From positions 15,427,861 to 15,491,860 of the forward strand of contig NC_081361.1 of the NCBI RefSeq assembly GCF_030684315.1: a DNA stretch of 64,000 nucleotides. The letters are read 5' to 3'. The stretch's first letter is position 1. Each line of letters opens with the position of its first letter. Both the position numbers and the translations under genes were made by a program. The notes below the pieces were generated by a model. The model did no database searches and was not told where the DNA came from. It saw only the letters and a program-made list of their open reading frames with translations. Positions 26,355 through 40,374 of this stretch are shown here, one piece after another. The DNA is from Stegostoma tigrinum (taxonomy: Eukaryota).

Positions 26355-26453
26355 TTGAAGAAGGGTCTCAGCCCGAAATGTCAGCCTCACTGCTCCTCTG
26401 ATGCTGTTTGGCCTGCTGCGTTCATCGAGCTCTACACCTTGTCATCTTAGAAT
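26355..26453 (+). mobile_element. Miniature PLE terminal fragment, single arm
   Basis: TGAAGAAGGGTCTCAGCCCGAAATGTCAGC..GATGCTGTTTGGCCTGCTGCGTTCATC; decayed hammerhead core. Confidence 0.75.
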
Positions 26454-28549
26454 CTTTTGTTTGGTCAAGCAACCACGGATACAAAATTGGACATTCTAAC
26501 TTCACTCACAACATGAGAAATCACCTGCAACTAAAAAACTGGCCAAAATTGCTACAGAGATCAACAGAAACAAAAGGTTACAAAGATTCAAAGGGATGCA
26601 GTTACAATCAGCCCAAGAGTTATTTTTTGCAAAGTGTTGATCAGACATTCAGGCATTTTGACTGCCTGAGTACATGCACTTTATACTGCCCAAAATGGCA
26701 ATTGTGAAGGCACAACCCCATTGGATGACTAAAACCCAGCTAATGACCCCATTGGCCAAAGGCCACAAAACATTGTGGAGGATGAGGAGACATAAGAATG
26801 ATGCCTCGAGAAGTCACTTTCTCAGTGAAGACTCACAAGGATGAATTGTGGCAGAAGGTCATGTAGTGACCCAAGAAGACACAGGAGAAGATTTGCCCTG
26901 ACCTGTGAGACCCACCTCTGTAGATAAAAGCCAACCATATATCGGACAGGAAGGAAATTCAACGGTCCAACTCAAGCATTTAGATTATTCCACATAATAT
27001 CCTTTCACAGACAGATTGAACGAGATAGAGAGTAAATATTGTGGGAATTTGAGAAATGCTTGTACAGTGTATTAATAAGGAATGTTTTATTAATAAAATC
27101 AGCTTGCACCACGGACTGAATTCTGTGTCCCTTTGTCCTCCTCGCTAACAAGAATACTTGGGTAAAGTGTTGTTAACCAATGGATGACCAAAATACAGAC
27201 ATCTAAGCAGTAACTGCCAACTTTGTACAAACTTACCATTTCAAATGATCTGAAGTTTTACTTCAATTAAACACTTTCTGACTGGATTCTCACCTGATAG
27301 TTGCATTAACTGAAAATTAACTTATCTGTTGAGAGATATGCATTTTACTGTAGACCAAAATAATACATATTTTTAAAGAATCTAAAAAATGATAACCATT
27401 TTAGATGCAAAAATATTAGATTATCTTGAACATTTGTGTCTGCAGCACCATTAACCTAGCTTCTGATTTAAGATGTAAACAAATTATTTTACAAAACTAT
27501 GCCTCAGTAATTGAAACATTTTGTTGTCTTGCAGTATTGTAGCTCTGGAGTAAGTTGGTGTCATACTGATTAACTCCTCTCAAAAAGTAAATTAGAGATG
27601 GTTTTACATTTAGATGCAAACAGAATTGAAGGTTTTAAAAAGGTGCTATGGATTTAGAATTCAATTGTCTACCTAATACAATGATTGTATCAGGTTTTGA
27701 AAATATCATCTGGAATGCAACCGCTGTAATGGAATCAGAAAATTAGATATGGCCATGTGAGCAAACATATTTACCATACCTTTGTATTTTTGCTGTGTTT
27801 GATGAACTATGTTCCTACATTACAATTAAGTTCATAGTCAGTTAGATGGCATTTCAACCCCTTTGAAACTGAACTCCCTCTGGCAATCTTTTTAAGACTC
27901 TTGATGTCACATTATTCCAATGGATGTCTGCATTTCCTGTATCAGGTAGCAGTTTTGCTAACAGGAGCTGTATTCATGGTGAAAGTCAAAACTTTGTTCT
28001 AATTGTTCTGACAATTGTTGCAAAAATGGCCGAATATTCAATTACACTTGCAGTCACTACCACAAAGGGATAGCCCAATCCAAAAATGTATATTGGATTG
28101 GTCTGTTGTAACCAAAATGGCTTTATGCTTCATTATTGATTCTGAGAAAACATTGCTGAAGTGAATCACTCAGTCTCTGCACACCATGTTTTTATGTTTT
28201 CCTACCATAGTTACAAATTAAAGTAGACTTTGTTTGCAAGAAATTGACCATTTGGCTTAATTTTTTTTAAGCCTTTATTTGTCCTAATTCCATGCCCTTG
28301 TCTCGTTCCCATATCTCCTTATTCCTCTCTCATTCAAACACTAATCTCACCTAATCCTTAAATATTAATGTTCTTTTCAAACAAAGCTTTCTCTCTACCG
28401 TACCTTGGACCTACGCAATGTCATTCTAGGCTCCTTAATCACTGGGAAGAAGAATGATTTAAATGACATTTTACTAATGCCTCTTTAAACATCTATTAAA
28501 TTATCATTTAACCTACACTGCACTAATTAAATCACGACCAATTTCTCAA

Positions 28550-28674
28550 ACAGCAAGTATTGGAGGAACATAATAGGTCTGGCAGCATCTGCTGAGGGAG
28601 AAACAGAGTTGATGTTTTGACTGCAATATGACTCTTCTTCAGAAGATCTCCAGTATCCGCAATACTTTGCTTTA
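28550..28674. mobile_element. Old miniature PLE derivative (family B-related)
   Basis: GGTCTGGCAGCATCTG..GAGAAACAGAGTTGATGTTTTGA..CTTCTTCAG resembles 57216-57278; followed by the CAGTATCCGCA tail in the opposite sense. Confidence 0.55.
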
Positions 28675-29199
28675 ATGAACTTTTCAACTTGTATTTCACA
28701 TTTTTCATTTCCTCTTATCAGGCAGAATCCTTCCTGGCTCAGAACAGTACTGCTATTCCTTCAGTAGTTTGCGTCAAACAGGAACTCACTTCCCAACAGC
28801 ACTGAGGGTTTCACCTACACCATAAAGACTGCTGCAGTTCAAGAAGGCCGTCACCCCAACCTTCTCCAGGGCAATCAAGAAAAGCAATTATTCCTTTCCT
28901 AGCAACATCCTTTGTGTTGTTTTTATTCTAACCAAGTTGCAATTAATGTAATTTAATGAGATGCCATAAAAACAAAAATTGTACACCTATTCTTCTGTGT
29001 ATGTTTCCTCTTCTATTTCCCTCCCAAGCACTGGGGAGTGTGGAATGCAATTCTACTAATGCGACAACTATAGTTTTAACTTTCAGTTTGTCCAAACTCC
29101 TCTCCTGCACACTGAAATACTTCCTCCAACACGTATTTCCTTCATTGATATCGCTTGTCCTCTCCTTTCTCACTTACACTGTCCTGTTCTTTCTAAAAT

Positions 29200-29692
29200 T
29201 ATAGAACATCAAACAGTACAGCACAGGAACAGGTCCTTTGGCCCATGATGTCATGTGGAATATGACACCAAATTACACGAATCCCTTTTAGCTGTATGTG
29301 TCCATATTCTTCCATTCCTTGCTTGTTCATGTACTTATCTAAAAGCCCCTTAAATATCCCTATCGTATCTGCCTCCACCACTACCCTGGGCAATGCGTTC
29401 CAGGCACCTACCACTATCTATGTAAAAATACTTTTTTGTCCCTCACATCGCTTTCGAACTTTCCCCTCTGACCTTAAATGTATGCTCTCTATGACTAGAC
29501 ATTTTAACTCTGGGTACAAGATTCAGTCAACCTTGCCTACGCCTGTCATAATTTTGTAAACTTCTATTAGGTCTCCCTTATCTTCCACTGCCCCAGTGAA
29601 CACAACCCTAGCTTGTCCAGCCTTTCCTTGTAACTCATATCCTCTAATCCACGCAGCATTATCATAAGACTCTTCTGCACCCTCTCCAAAGA
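29200..29692 (-). mobile_element. CR1 LINE 3' fragment
   Basis: VGAWNALPRVVVEADTIGIFKGLLDKYM end motif. Confidence 0.9.
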
Positions 29693-30521
29693 TTTAACAA
29701 TTGAAGGGTTTAGCTTTACGCCTGTTCGGTCTTCATGCAGTTCTTTCCATTGACCAATGACACGCTTACCTTCTTCCCTTTACATAATCCTGTCCAGTCT
29801 TCCAAAAACTTAACATACCAAGGCAGTAATGCATCTGGTACTCTCAGTCTGCGTGCAAAAGTCAGGGTGTTAGAGTATTGCATCTGAGCAGCAGATTCAT
29901 TCAGTTGTGGAGCTCTAAATAGTAGGTATGTATCCATACTATGTGGAGTGGAGTGGAGTGGACTGAACTGGTTTAAGCATTGCATGGATTCAGCAAGGCT
30001 GAAGCAAGATCAAAGAACAGGGAACTTCTCTTTATGCACATTTTGATGATAAAATCAGCAAAAAGAGTAATAATTCTATGAAAGATAGCAATGGGTAAAT
30101 GATTTCATTAGCACTGAAGTAGTAGCCAGTGAAATCCATTCATGGTTAAGCAAATCTTTAATGAGAAAAGCCCAATGACATTATACGGGGAGCATGGAAT
30201 GAGGTGAAATCAGGCTGTGATTGACAAAATGCTCCAAAACATATCAGCTGGCCAACAAAATTTTAAAAGTTAGAGGTATTTTCTTAAAGCATACAGACAG
30301 GTTCATGTGGGAATGGTTTGCGGCTTTGAAAAATTACTGATAGCTAAAAGGATAAAGAGTTCAAAAGTGGAAATCAGACTTGGTGAGTTTATAAATAAAT
30401 AAGGTTGGACATTAAACTAAATTAAGAATAAGGATGAATCAACACTCCAACCATGGAGAATGTTAACAGAATCCTCATCAAACGGGTCAGAGCCTCACAG
30501 AAGGAAGACTTGACAAAGAAA

Positions 30522-30705
30522 TAACAAGGTGTAGACCTGGATGAACGCTGCAGGCCAAGCAGCAGAGGAGTAGGAAGGCTGATGTTTTGGGCCTAGGTCC
30601 AAAACGTCAGCCTTCCTGCTCCTCTGATGCTCCTTGGCCTGCTGTGTTCATCCAGCTCTACACCTTGTCATCTCAGATTCTCCAGCGTCTGCAGTTCTTA
30701 CTATC
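30522..30705. mobile_element. Miniature palindromic PLE derivative
   Basis: Arms meet at GGCCTAGGTCC (~30595); TSD ACTTG(A/T)CAA(A/T)GAAA at 30508-30521 and 30706-30719; tail on the right arm only. Confidence 0.85.
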
Positions 30706-30816
30706 ACTTGTCAATGAAAAACCAGTTGAGAAGCTTAATGGGCAATCAAACTGTTTATGGACGTAAACTAGTCCAGACGTGTGCTATGATCTATTAGAAT
30801 AAAACACTCCAGTGAA

Positions 30817-31091
30817 GGTCCTCTTAGGGCAAAGTGGTAATGTCCCTACACCTGAAATGTGAGGAGTGGGTTCAAGTCCCATCTGCTCTAGAGGTGTGTA
30901 ACATCTCTGAACAGGTTGACCAGAAAAATAGGTTAAACTAAAAAAGAACCCTGCTGATGGTCCTCTTATGGCCCAGTGATGATGTCCCTACCCCTGGACC
31001 ATGGCACCAGACTCAAGTCCCACCTGCTCCAGGGGTGTGTAATAACATCCCTGAACAGGTTGATAAGAAAAATTTTATTGAATTTAAAATA
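30817..31091 (+). mobile_element. Dimeric tRNA-derived SINE (two tandem units)
   Basis: Units start GGTCCTCTTA at 30817 and 30959, each with TCAAGTCCCA B-box; flanked by AAAACACTC(C/T)A(G/C)TGAA at 30801-30816 and 31092-31107. Confidence 0.7.
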
Positions 31092-31744
31092 AAAACACTC
31101 TACTGAAATATGTGACTATTGGCGAAGTGCTAAGAACAAATAGCATATTGAATAAATTAAGTTTAGAGCAGTCTGCACTCAGATTCCCATGCCAAAAGGA
31201 ATGTAATTAGTCATTTTTAGTGGCAAGTGCAGCCAGATTCTTTGCCTGTTTCGTTGGAAGAAATGGAAAAGACTGTACTTTAGGAATGGGAGTTGAAACA
31301 AATAAAGAATAGATAAAAGAGCCTTAGCTCTGGAAATACTTGAACTGACACAAGGGATGGATATGGCAAAGTGTTTCGTGAGAACTTTAAAGAAAATTCT
31401 AGATGAGGGTCAGTCATGAAGGAGATGAGTCTATTGCATGTTACATTGATAGGTTTCTTCTTGCGCCCACACTTACCTGACAAACAGCATTGCAGAAGAG
31501 CTTGAACCTTGATACTGCAAGTTTAAATGTGATATTAGATTATAAAAATAAACTACTGAAGTAAAATGGGTGGATGCGAGTCAACAGTTCAACGGATTGC
31601 TTTACAACAAGAAGTGCTTGTCCATAGAAATTGAAGAGCGATACTTCAGGAGTTATTAAAACAAGGCAAGATTCATGTTGTAATCACATTGAAAATTATT
31701 TTGGTTTTCCAGGATGGGGGAGGTATGAAGTATGTTAACAAGGA

Positions 31745-32290
31745 GCATACAACAGCACAGCACAGGCCTCCAAGTCCATGCCGATCACTATACCATTCTA
31801 CACTAATCCTAATACAGTCCGTATCTGTCTTTTCCCTGCCTGGTCATGTGTCTGTCCAAAACCAGCTTAAATGTTGCTACTATATCTGCTTCTACCACCT
31901 TCCATGTCAGCGCATTCCAGGCACTTACCACCCTCTGCTTAAAAATCTAGACATGCATGTTTCCTTTCAACTTAACTTTCTCACCTTAAACCAATCCCCC
32001 GCACCCCCCATATCTGACATTTTCAACCTGGGAAAAATACACTGATTGCACACCCTGTCATAATTTTATAGATCTCTATTCGATCACCCCTCAGCCTCCA
32101 ATGTTCTAGCAAAAACAATTCAAGTTTGTCTAGCCTTTCCTTACAGCTAATACACTCCAATTCGGGCAGCATCCTGGTAAACCTCTTTTGCACTCTCCCT
32201 AAACCCTCTACATCCTTTCCTATTGTATGGCGACCAGAACTTCACACAATACTTTAAATGTGGCCTAACTAAAGTTTCATGCAACTGCAG
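31745..32290 (-). mobile_element. CR1 LINE 3' fragment
   Basis: Same motifs as 29200-29692 (GCATTCCAGGCAC.TACCAC; ATCCTGGTAAACCTCTTTTGCAC). Confidence 0.85.
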
Positions 32291-33257
32291 TTATACAGTT
32301 CAAATCTGATCGTATGTCTGTAATATGTAGCACTATCATGTTAAATCTTATGAATACCATTTTCAAATCAACCTGTCTGAATGTGTTATAATATACCTTC
32401 ATGGTAATTGTATCCTTAAGAGGGACTTGGACTTATTGGACCAGGGGAGGAACATTGTCATTGCGTCACAGAAACCTCTGATTTTGGTTTGGCTTGCTTA
32501 TCAGTATAGCTTTGAGCAAGTAAAAAGGAAGAATCTATTGGTATTTAATAGTTCCCATCAATACATATTAAATATTTAGTAGTTGAAGGTAATAAGATAA
32601 ACAGATGTTTGCATGAGAGGGTTTCTGAAAGACATAGACAGTGATTTTCCTACATTTTGTCTTTAGTATCTTTCTTGCTATTATCAAATACTAAAATTGC
32701 TCTTTTTTTTAAAACTTGGCTCCGCACTGCAATAAGAATAACAGTTACTTACATTTTAATTGGCAAAACCACATTGCAATGTGTTAAGAAGCGAACTTAG
32801 ACTTTTGTTATGACTAATTGAGAATGCTGAAAAGAGGTTAATTCATTATAAATCATTAAAATCATCAGTAATAAGTGACAATCATTAAAGCATGTGTAAG
32901 ATGATGCTCAGAAAACAGCAAATGATACTTCTTTTCTCCCAAGTAGCAACACATTCCCTTAAAATTCTTCTCACTTAAAGAAACCAACAACGCAGAAGGT
33001 AATTTTCTCGTGATGAAGGTTCTAAATTAATTTTAAAATAATAATATTAAATAAGTAAAACATTAAAAGAAACCACATCAAAAAGCTAACTATGCTTATC
33101 TGTATGGCATTTCTTACGTTAGCCAAAAGCAAAAATCACTTAATAATACTAATGCTGACATGTTTTATTTCTCTCTTCACAACAGTAACATATTCATTTA
33201 TTTAACCAATAGCTTAAAAGCAACTTCTTAATCACCAAATTAGCCTAGCAGCTTCTC

Positions 33258-33508
33258 TCAGCTGTGGCTTGATTGTAGCATACATGCCTCTGAATCTAAA
33301 GGTTCAAGTCCCAGTCCAGGATTTGAACATTCAAAATCAGCACCGATTTCAGGAGTGATTTTAAGCTGTGGTCCCATTGTCTGCTTAGGTGGATATAAAA
33401 GATTCCAATGCACAATATCAAAGAAGAAATTTGCCTCTCGTTTCCTGAACAATATTCGTCTCTTAACCAGCTTCATAAAATGAGTTATCTGGTCACTTTC
33501 ACATTGTG
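33258..33508 (+). mobile_element. SacSINE1-like DeuSINE, decayed
   Basis: tRNA head GGTTCAAGTCCCA.TCCAG; AGGTGGATATAAAAGATTCCAATGCAC; TTATCTGGTCA. Confidence 0.65.
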
Positions 33509-33764
33509 AATTTTTTTTTAAAAAAACAAAATCTTTTGCTCAACTGAGAAAGAAGGAAGACAGTTTGTTGTCACAGGATTTAGAATGCTCAGAAATTGGA
33601 ACGTTCCTTAAAGAGTTTGGGAGGCAGTGACTGTTGTGGAATGATCTGAAAGTGTTACTCAATGGTGAACCAACTGAGGATCTTGAAGGAAGAGGATGTA
33701 ACATCCAGATTTCCCTCAAAGAATTGCTGTAACAATGTCCATCAGATCAATTAACCTCTGGTTT

Positions 33765-34068
33765 AGATTCATAGAATCCCAACAGTGCAGATAGAGTCCA
33801 TGCAGCTCATCAAACCTGTGCCAATCCTACCCAGACCCACATCCTACTCTACATCCGATCCCTGTAATCCTTATTTCCCATTGCCAATCCACCTAGCCTG
33901 CACATCTTTGGGCTGTGGGAGGAAACCAGAGAACCCAATGGAAACCCATTAAGACACAGGGCGAACGTGCAAAATCCATGCAGACCAGATAGTCATGCAA
34001 AGCTGGAGTTAAACCAGGCTCCATGGTTCTGTGAAGGCAGTAGTGCTAACCATTGAGCCACCGTGCCA
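33765..34068 (-). mobile_element. HE1-like V-SINE
   Basis: Minus-strand start GGCACGGTGGCTCAATGGTTAGCACTACTGCC; shared core and tail. Confidence 0.85.
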
Positions 34069-35561
34069 TCAACTACTTCTTGCTTAATATGTGAGCATGT
34101 TTTTCTTTACAAGACCAAACAGCCCTGTAGGTAACAAAATACCAAGAGGATAGTAGCAGCAAACTTGCCACACGATGAGTTGCACACACGTGGCAGGCGG
34201 CTGAGCAGCATGACAGATTTCACCCAAAATACAACTGTGTCATGAATATTTTGAAAGTGTGTCAATGGTTATCCTGCGCTGAGGCAGAAGGGTAGAGTTG
34301 ACCTCACAATCAGATCAGCTATGATCTCATTGAATAGCATAGCAGGCTAGAGATATTGAATAGCCTGCTCTTGTTCTTGATTTGTACACACGTATGCTAT
34401 TTGTCGGGGTCTATTGAGCGCAAATTTCTTACTAGATTTTCTTCATTACAACAAAGGCTACAACTCAAAAAGCATATCTATGCCCTATCAAACATTTAAG
34501 ACATCTAGTGGTTGTGAAAATTGTTGGTTTAATTCTCTCTCTTTCTTTACTGCTTGCAGGTTATAACCTGTTTCTCTAACAATGTTAGCACACAGGCAGT
34601 GAAGAAATTACATTTAATATAAAATAGAATGGTGGTGTATTCAAGATACTGATGTGTTTGAAATGTTATAATTAATTTTCTTTCAGTCTGACACAGAGAT
34701 TATATGACGATTATCTTAATTAGAAGTGAAAGTAAATAAGGCTATTTTTTTCAGCTAAAAATGTTTATTTCGCACAAAATGTTTTGGCAATAATTAATGG
34801 TTTCCCTTAACTAATACCATTTTCTTTTTTTGTCTTAGAAAGAAGTATTTAATGCAGTTTTCTTTGACTCAAAGATAGCAGTGTTTCACCTGTTTGACTT
34901 CATATTTGCATGGCATTACAATATCTCTATCGACTCAGTCACTACCCTTTCCTGCTTTGTGCCATTACTGCAGGAGTATTGTGTAGTGACACATTAATCA
35001 TTAGTTACTACCTAAAATCAGGAAAAAGTATAATACAGCAGTTACAAATGTTTTATTCATCCAAAAGTTCTCATTTGAAGAGATTTTCTTTGGGGAATTC
35101 CAGCTTCTGCAGATTTCCAAATAAAAGACTGAATAATCAGTCAGAGAGATATTAACATGTCTCATTTCTTTTCCCCCCTCATAAGTTACAGCCTCAAGCC
35201 ACATGTTAAATAAATTCAAGGAAACTATATTCAGCTAAGGCTGATTGGAAAGGTAAGTCAGTCACCATGTGAAAAGAGCTCAATTCAATTAAGGACATCT
35301 TTTTTCAGGCTAAATGAGTAAATCCACTCATTGGCGTAGTAATGAGCTATCCAGGACAGTAGAATTGCTGCGCCAATATACAGCCTGCTGACTGCAACCA
35401 AAAACAAAAGCAGTGTTGTTAATGCTTGCATATAAAGGAGGAAAACTTGGTAATTCAAAGATTCTGTTTTTTGTTTTCCATGCAGGTATCCCTGGCAGGG
35501 GCAACATTGATCGCCCATCTGGCATTACTATTGAAATTCAGGTGGTGATTCATTGCCCAAA

Positions 35562-36460
35562 TGGCAGCTGAGCATCAGTTGGGAGCACCCTTGCCTTTAA
35601 GTCACAAGATCCTATGTTCGAGTCCCAATCCAAAGATTTCAGCACAAACATCAATGTTGACATTCCAGTATGCCACTCTGTCAGAAATGCTGCCTTTTGA
35701 ATGGTGGATGCAGAAAGATACCATGGCGCTATTTCGCACACACACAAAAAAGAGTGATCCCTGGCTTTGATTGGATTTGATTTATTATTGTCACATGCCC
35801 CTAAGTTTCATTTTGCATGCTGTAAAGGCAGATCATAACATACAAAGATCGTAGGGTGACTGAACAGAATGAGGAGTGCGAAGTTATAGCTGCAAAGAAG
35901 GTGCACAAGAAGCAAGATCTACTTTCAATTTCAAATTTGGGAGGCCCATTCAGAAGTCTACTAACAGCAGGGAGTACGCTGTTCTTGCATCTGTTGGTAT
36001 GTATGTTTAAGCTTTTGTACCTTCTGCATGATGGAAGAGGTTGGAAGGGATTACAACTGGGGTGGGTCTTTGTCGATGTTGGCTACCTTTCTGAGGCATT
36101 GAGAGGTCCAGTTGGAGTTAATGGATGGAAGGTTGGCTTGTGTGATGGTCCGGGCTATATTCGCCATTTTCTGTACTTTGTTACAGTCCTGGGCAGAGCA
36201 GTTTTCATACCTGACCATGCTGCACCCAGATAAAATGCTTTCTATGGTGCATCTGTAAAAGCTGTCTTGGCTAATAGTTCTCTCTCAATCAGCATCACAA
36301 TTAGTCATTCTTACATTCACGTTTCTGGGAGTTTGCTATGTGCAAATTAACCTCCGTGTTTCCAAAGTACAATAACACATACAATTTGTTAGTCCTTAAT
36401 TGGTCTTAAGGCAGTTTGGGACATCTGGTGGCCAATAAAGTGCTATTTAAATCCAAGTCT
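35562..36460 (+). mobile_element. SacSINE1-like DeuSINE split by a Rex1/Babar insertion
   Basis: 5' half at 35562-35765 (GTTCGAGTCCCA, AAAGATACCATGGCGCTATTT); 3' half at 36263-36460 (GGGAGTTTGCTATGTGCAAATT..GTGCTATTTAAAT). Confidence 0.7.
35766..36262 (-). mobile_element. Rex1/Babar LINE 3' end
   Basis: TTTGATTGGATTTGATTTATTATTGTCACATG tail; reverse-complement homologue of 22870-23283. Confidence 0.8.
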
Positions 36461-37450
36461 CCCTGAATTTACTTCTAGATGCTTGAGCGGCTCTGTACAT
36501 CATTTCAGGCGGCATTTTAGTTTGAAATATTGCAGTGAGTCTATGAATTCACTGACCAGGTGAGGATTGCAGATTTCCTGGAATTATGTGAATGAACCAT
36601 ATGATTTTCTACAATGATCTTACAAGAAAGGATCACAGTTATTGATACCAAAAGCATTAGACAAAATCTTCGCAGCCCCTGAACAGTGAGATCCAATGAG
36701 AAAATCAGTGAGATGTCCAGCAGGCTCTTCTTGATGTTGGGATCGAAAAGACTCAGTTTGCAACCAAGTGTTGGATCGTAAGATGGATTCTTACGAGATG
36801 GCAGCAAGAGGCCTATTTTTATATGATCATACTCATTACTACCTCTTCTCTCATACTGCTAGATACTGAGAATTCCCAACATGAAACACACAGCAGTACC
36901 CTTGTTACTCCAGCTTACTGTTTGTGTCTCCAGATTTTCATCTTAGACCTCTGGTGTCAACATTGCAGGGTAGTCTCTGTACACATATTGCTGCATTTTA
37001 ATTTCTATAGTGGTTAACAGTGAAGCCTTTGCAAGGATGATGGGGAAGATGTTGCCAACATCAAAGGAAAATAGCTTACTGTGCAAGACAGAACCAGGCA
37101 CTATTCATTAAGCAGGAATCTGGTGATAAAGGTTGCTCAACCTTTGTGACTATCAAGGCAGAAAAGAAGACAATTAAACAGATGTAACTTGTCTCAACAG
37201 CCCTTGGATGGAAGATCTTAGGGTTACAAGGGTCCTGGACAAGTGTTTCTGGAATATTCATGAGAAAATATCTGAAAATAAGTGTTTAAAAGCATTTAGT
37301 AGTGTAGCCTAGGAGCAACCATCATAAAAGCTCAGAGTTCAGTGAGGAAGGACAGACTCAGCTGAGAGACTGAAGCCTGGCCAGCTGACCCTCTGTGCGG
37401 GTAATACATAAGTCTCAGCCGTGAGTCTGAGGCAGCTTTATTTTTAAACT

Positions 37451-37644
37451 CAGAGATAATGGGAACTGCAGATGCTGGAGAATCCAAGATAACAAAGTAT
37501 GAAGCTGGATGAACACAGCAGGTCAAGCAGCATCTCAGGAGCACAAAAGCAGACGTTTCGGCCCTAGACCCTTCGAACGTCAGCTTTTGTGCTCCCGAGA
37601 TGCTGCTTGGCCTGCTGTGTTCATCTAGCTCCACACTTTGTAAT
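37451..37644. mobile_element. Miniature palindromic PLE derivative (family A), young
   Basis: Left arm close to 19558-19681, right arm inverted; TSD CTTT(A/G)TTTTTAAACT at 37436-37450 and 37645-37659. Confidence 0.9.
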
Positions 37645-38189
37645 CTTTGTTTTTAAACTGATGTGTTTGATGCTGTAGCATTAAGCCAACTAGGAAATAA
37701 ATAAAGAAGTAGACTGCAATAACAGCACAGGCTGTAATCATTGTGTTCACTGGTATTGACTCAGACAGGGTAATGGACAACAACTGCCTGTGCAGTAACC
37801 ATTCCACTCCATTTCCATGGATCTTGGCATCCAACATGTACCAGTCTCACTGCTTAATCATGGCACATCTCCGATCCACGTAAGGAACATTTCTACACTT
37901 TAATGCTGCACTTTGGAAAACATTGGCACCTTTCATTGAAATTATTCTGATCTAAGTTGGCTGTGCAGAAGCCCTGGTTCATCCTGAACATGATTATCAA
38001 GGACCATTGTTGCAGAGGTAGTTCAGAAACTGCCTTTTGTTGAACGGAGTTTGTCAAAAGAATTTTGTTAGTGACTTCCCATTCTTCATATCACTTGATC
38101 CAGGGGATAATGACAGGTGGATGATATTCAGGAAGGTTGATCCCCAAGGGATGACAAAATTGAAAGGAGGTAGTAGGGGGATTGAACAT

Positions 38190-40163
38190 TATAGACGATA
38201 GACAATAGGTGCAGGAGTAGGCCATTCAGCCCTTCAAGCCGGCACCACCATTCATTATGATCATGGCTGATCATCCACAATCAATATCCTGTTCCTGCGT
38301 TAACTCCAGAACCCTTGATTCCACTATCCGTAAGAGATCTATCCATCTCTTTCTTGAAAGTATCCAGAGACTTGGCCTCCACTGCCTTCTGGGGCAGAGT
38401 ATTCCATATATCCACCACTCTCTGGGTGAAGACGTTTTTCCTCAACTCTGTTCTAAATGGCCTACCCCTTATTTTTAAAACTGTGTCCTCTGGTTCTGGA
38501 CTCCCCCATCAGCGGAAACATGTTTCCTGCCTCCAGAGTGTCCAATCCCTTAATAATCTTATACATCTCAATCAGATCCCCTCTCATCCTTCTAAACTCA
38601 AGTGTATACAAGCCCAGTCACTCCAATCTTTCAACATATGATAGTCCCGCCATTCTGGGAATTGACCTCGTGAGCCTACGCTGCACTCCCTCACTAGCAA
38701 GAATGTCCTTCCTCAAATGTGGAGACCAAAACAGCACATAATACGCCAGGTGCAGTCTCACCAGGGCCCTGTACAGCTGCAGAAGGACCTCTTTGCTCCT
38801 ATACTCAATTCCTCTTGTTATGAAAGCCAGCATGCCATTAGCTTTCTTCACTGCCTGCTGTACCTGCATGCTTGCTTTCATTGACTGATGTACAAGAACA
38901 CCTAGATCTCGTTGTACTTCCCCTTTATCTAACTTGACTCCATTTAGATAGTAATCTGCCTTCATTTTCGTGCCACCAAAGTGGATAACCATATATTTAT
39001 CCACATTAAACTGCATCTGCCATGCATCTGTCCACTCACCTAGCCTGTCCAAGTCACTCTGTATTCTCATAACATCCTCCTCACATTTCATACTGCCACC
39101 CAGCTTTGCTTCACCAGCAAATTTGCTAATATTACTTTTAATACCTTCATCTATATCATTAATGTATATTGTAAACAGCTGCGGTCCCAGTACCTAACCT
39201 TGTGGTACCCCACCGGTCACTGCCTCCCTTTCCAAAAATGACCCATTTATCACTACTCTTTGCTTCCTGTCAACCAGCCAATTTTCAATCCAAGTCAGTA
39301 TTTTGCCCCCAGTACCATGTGCCCTAATTTTGCCCACCAATCTCCTATGTGGGACTTTATCAAAGGCTTTCTGAAAGTCCAGGTACACTACATTCACTGG
39401 TTCTCCCTTGTCCATCTTCAAAGTTACATCCTCAAAAAATTCCAGAAGGTTAGTCAAGCATGATTTCCCCTTCGTAAATCCATGCTGACTCTGACCTATC
39501 CTATTATTGCTGCCCAAATGAGTCATAATTTCATCTTTTATAATTGACTCCAGCATCTTTCCAACCACTGACGTCAGGCTAACTAATCTGTAATTCCCTG
39601 TTTTCACTTTCCTTCCTTTCTTGAAAAGTGGGACAACATCCACCAACCTCCATCCACAGGAAATGATCCTGAATCTGCAGAACATTCGAAAATGATTCCC
39701 AATGTATCCACGATTTTTAGAGCCACCTCCTTAAGTACCCTGGGATGCAGACCATCAGGTCCCAGAGACTTATCAGCCTTCAGACCTAACAGTCTATCCA
39801 ACACCATTTCCTGCCTAATATAAATACCCTTCAGTTCATCCATTACCCTTGGTCCTTCAACCACTATTACATCTGGGAGATTGCTTGCGTCTTCCCTAGT
39901 GAAGATCGATCCAAAGTACCTATTCAACTTTTCTGCCATTTCCTTGTTCCCCATAATAAATTCACTCATTTCTGTCTTCAACGGTCCGATTTTAGTCTGA
40001 ATCATTTTTTTTTCTTTTCACATACCTAAAAAAGCTTTTACTATCCTCCTTTATATTTTTGGCCAGTATTCCTTTGTACCTCATTTTTTCTCTGCGTATT
40101 GCCTTTTTAGATATCTTCTGTTGCTCTTTAAAAGCTGCCCAGTCCTCCGGCTTCCCGGTCATC
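38190..40163 (-). mobile_element. CR1 LINE, ~2 kb, reverse transcriptase domain, internally disrupted
   Basis: NYRLVSLTSVVGKMLE, QHGFTKGKSCLTNL, YLDFQKAFDKVPH, GVPQG, LDRLGEWTDAWQMQFNVDK. Confidence 0.95.
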
Positions 40164-40203
40164 AACGTGTCATAATGGAATGCAGCTTTCGCATTTAGTT
40201 AAT

Positions 40204-40374
40204 ACTGTGTGAAGCAGGCCAAGCAGCATTAGAGGAGCAGGAAAGTTGATGTTTCAGGTCAAGACCCTTCTTCTCGACCCAAAACATCAACTTTCCTGCT
40301 CGGTCTGCTGTGTTCATCCAGCTTCACATAGCGTTATCTCAGATTATCCAGCATTGGCAGTTCCTACTATCTCT
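40204..40374. mobile_element. Miniature palindromic PLE derivative
   Basis: GAGCAGGAAAGTTGATGTTT mirrored by AAACATCAACTTTCCTGCTC; direct repeat GCATTTAGTT at 40191-40200 and 40375-40384. Confidence 0.8.

Noticed and set aside
26460-27180. Possible solo LTR (AATAAA near 27090)
   Set aside because: No definable 5' boundary, TSD or second copy in the window.
30817-31075. Functional tRNA genes
   Set aside because: A and B boxes are present but there is no complete cloverleaf, and the units have SINE-like bodies with A-rich ends.
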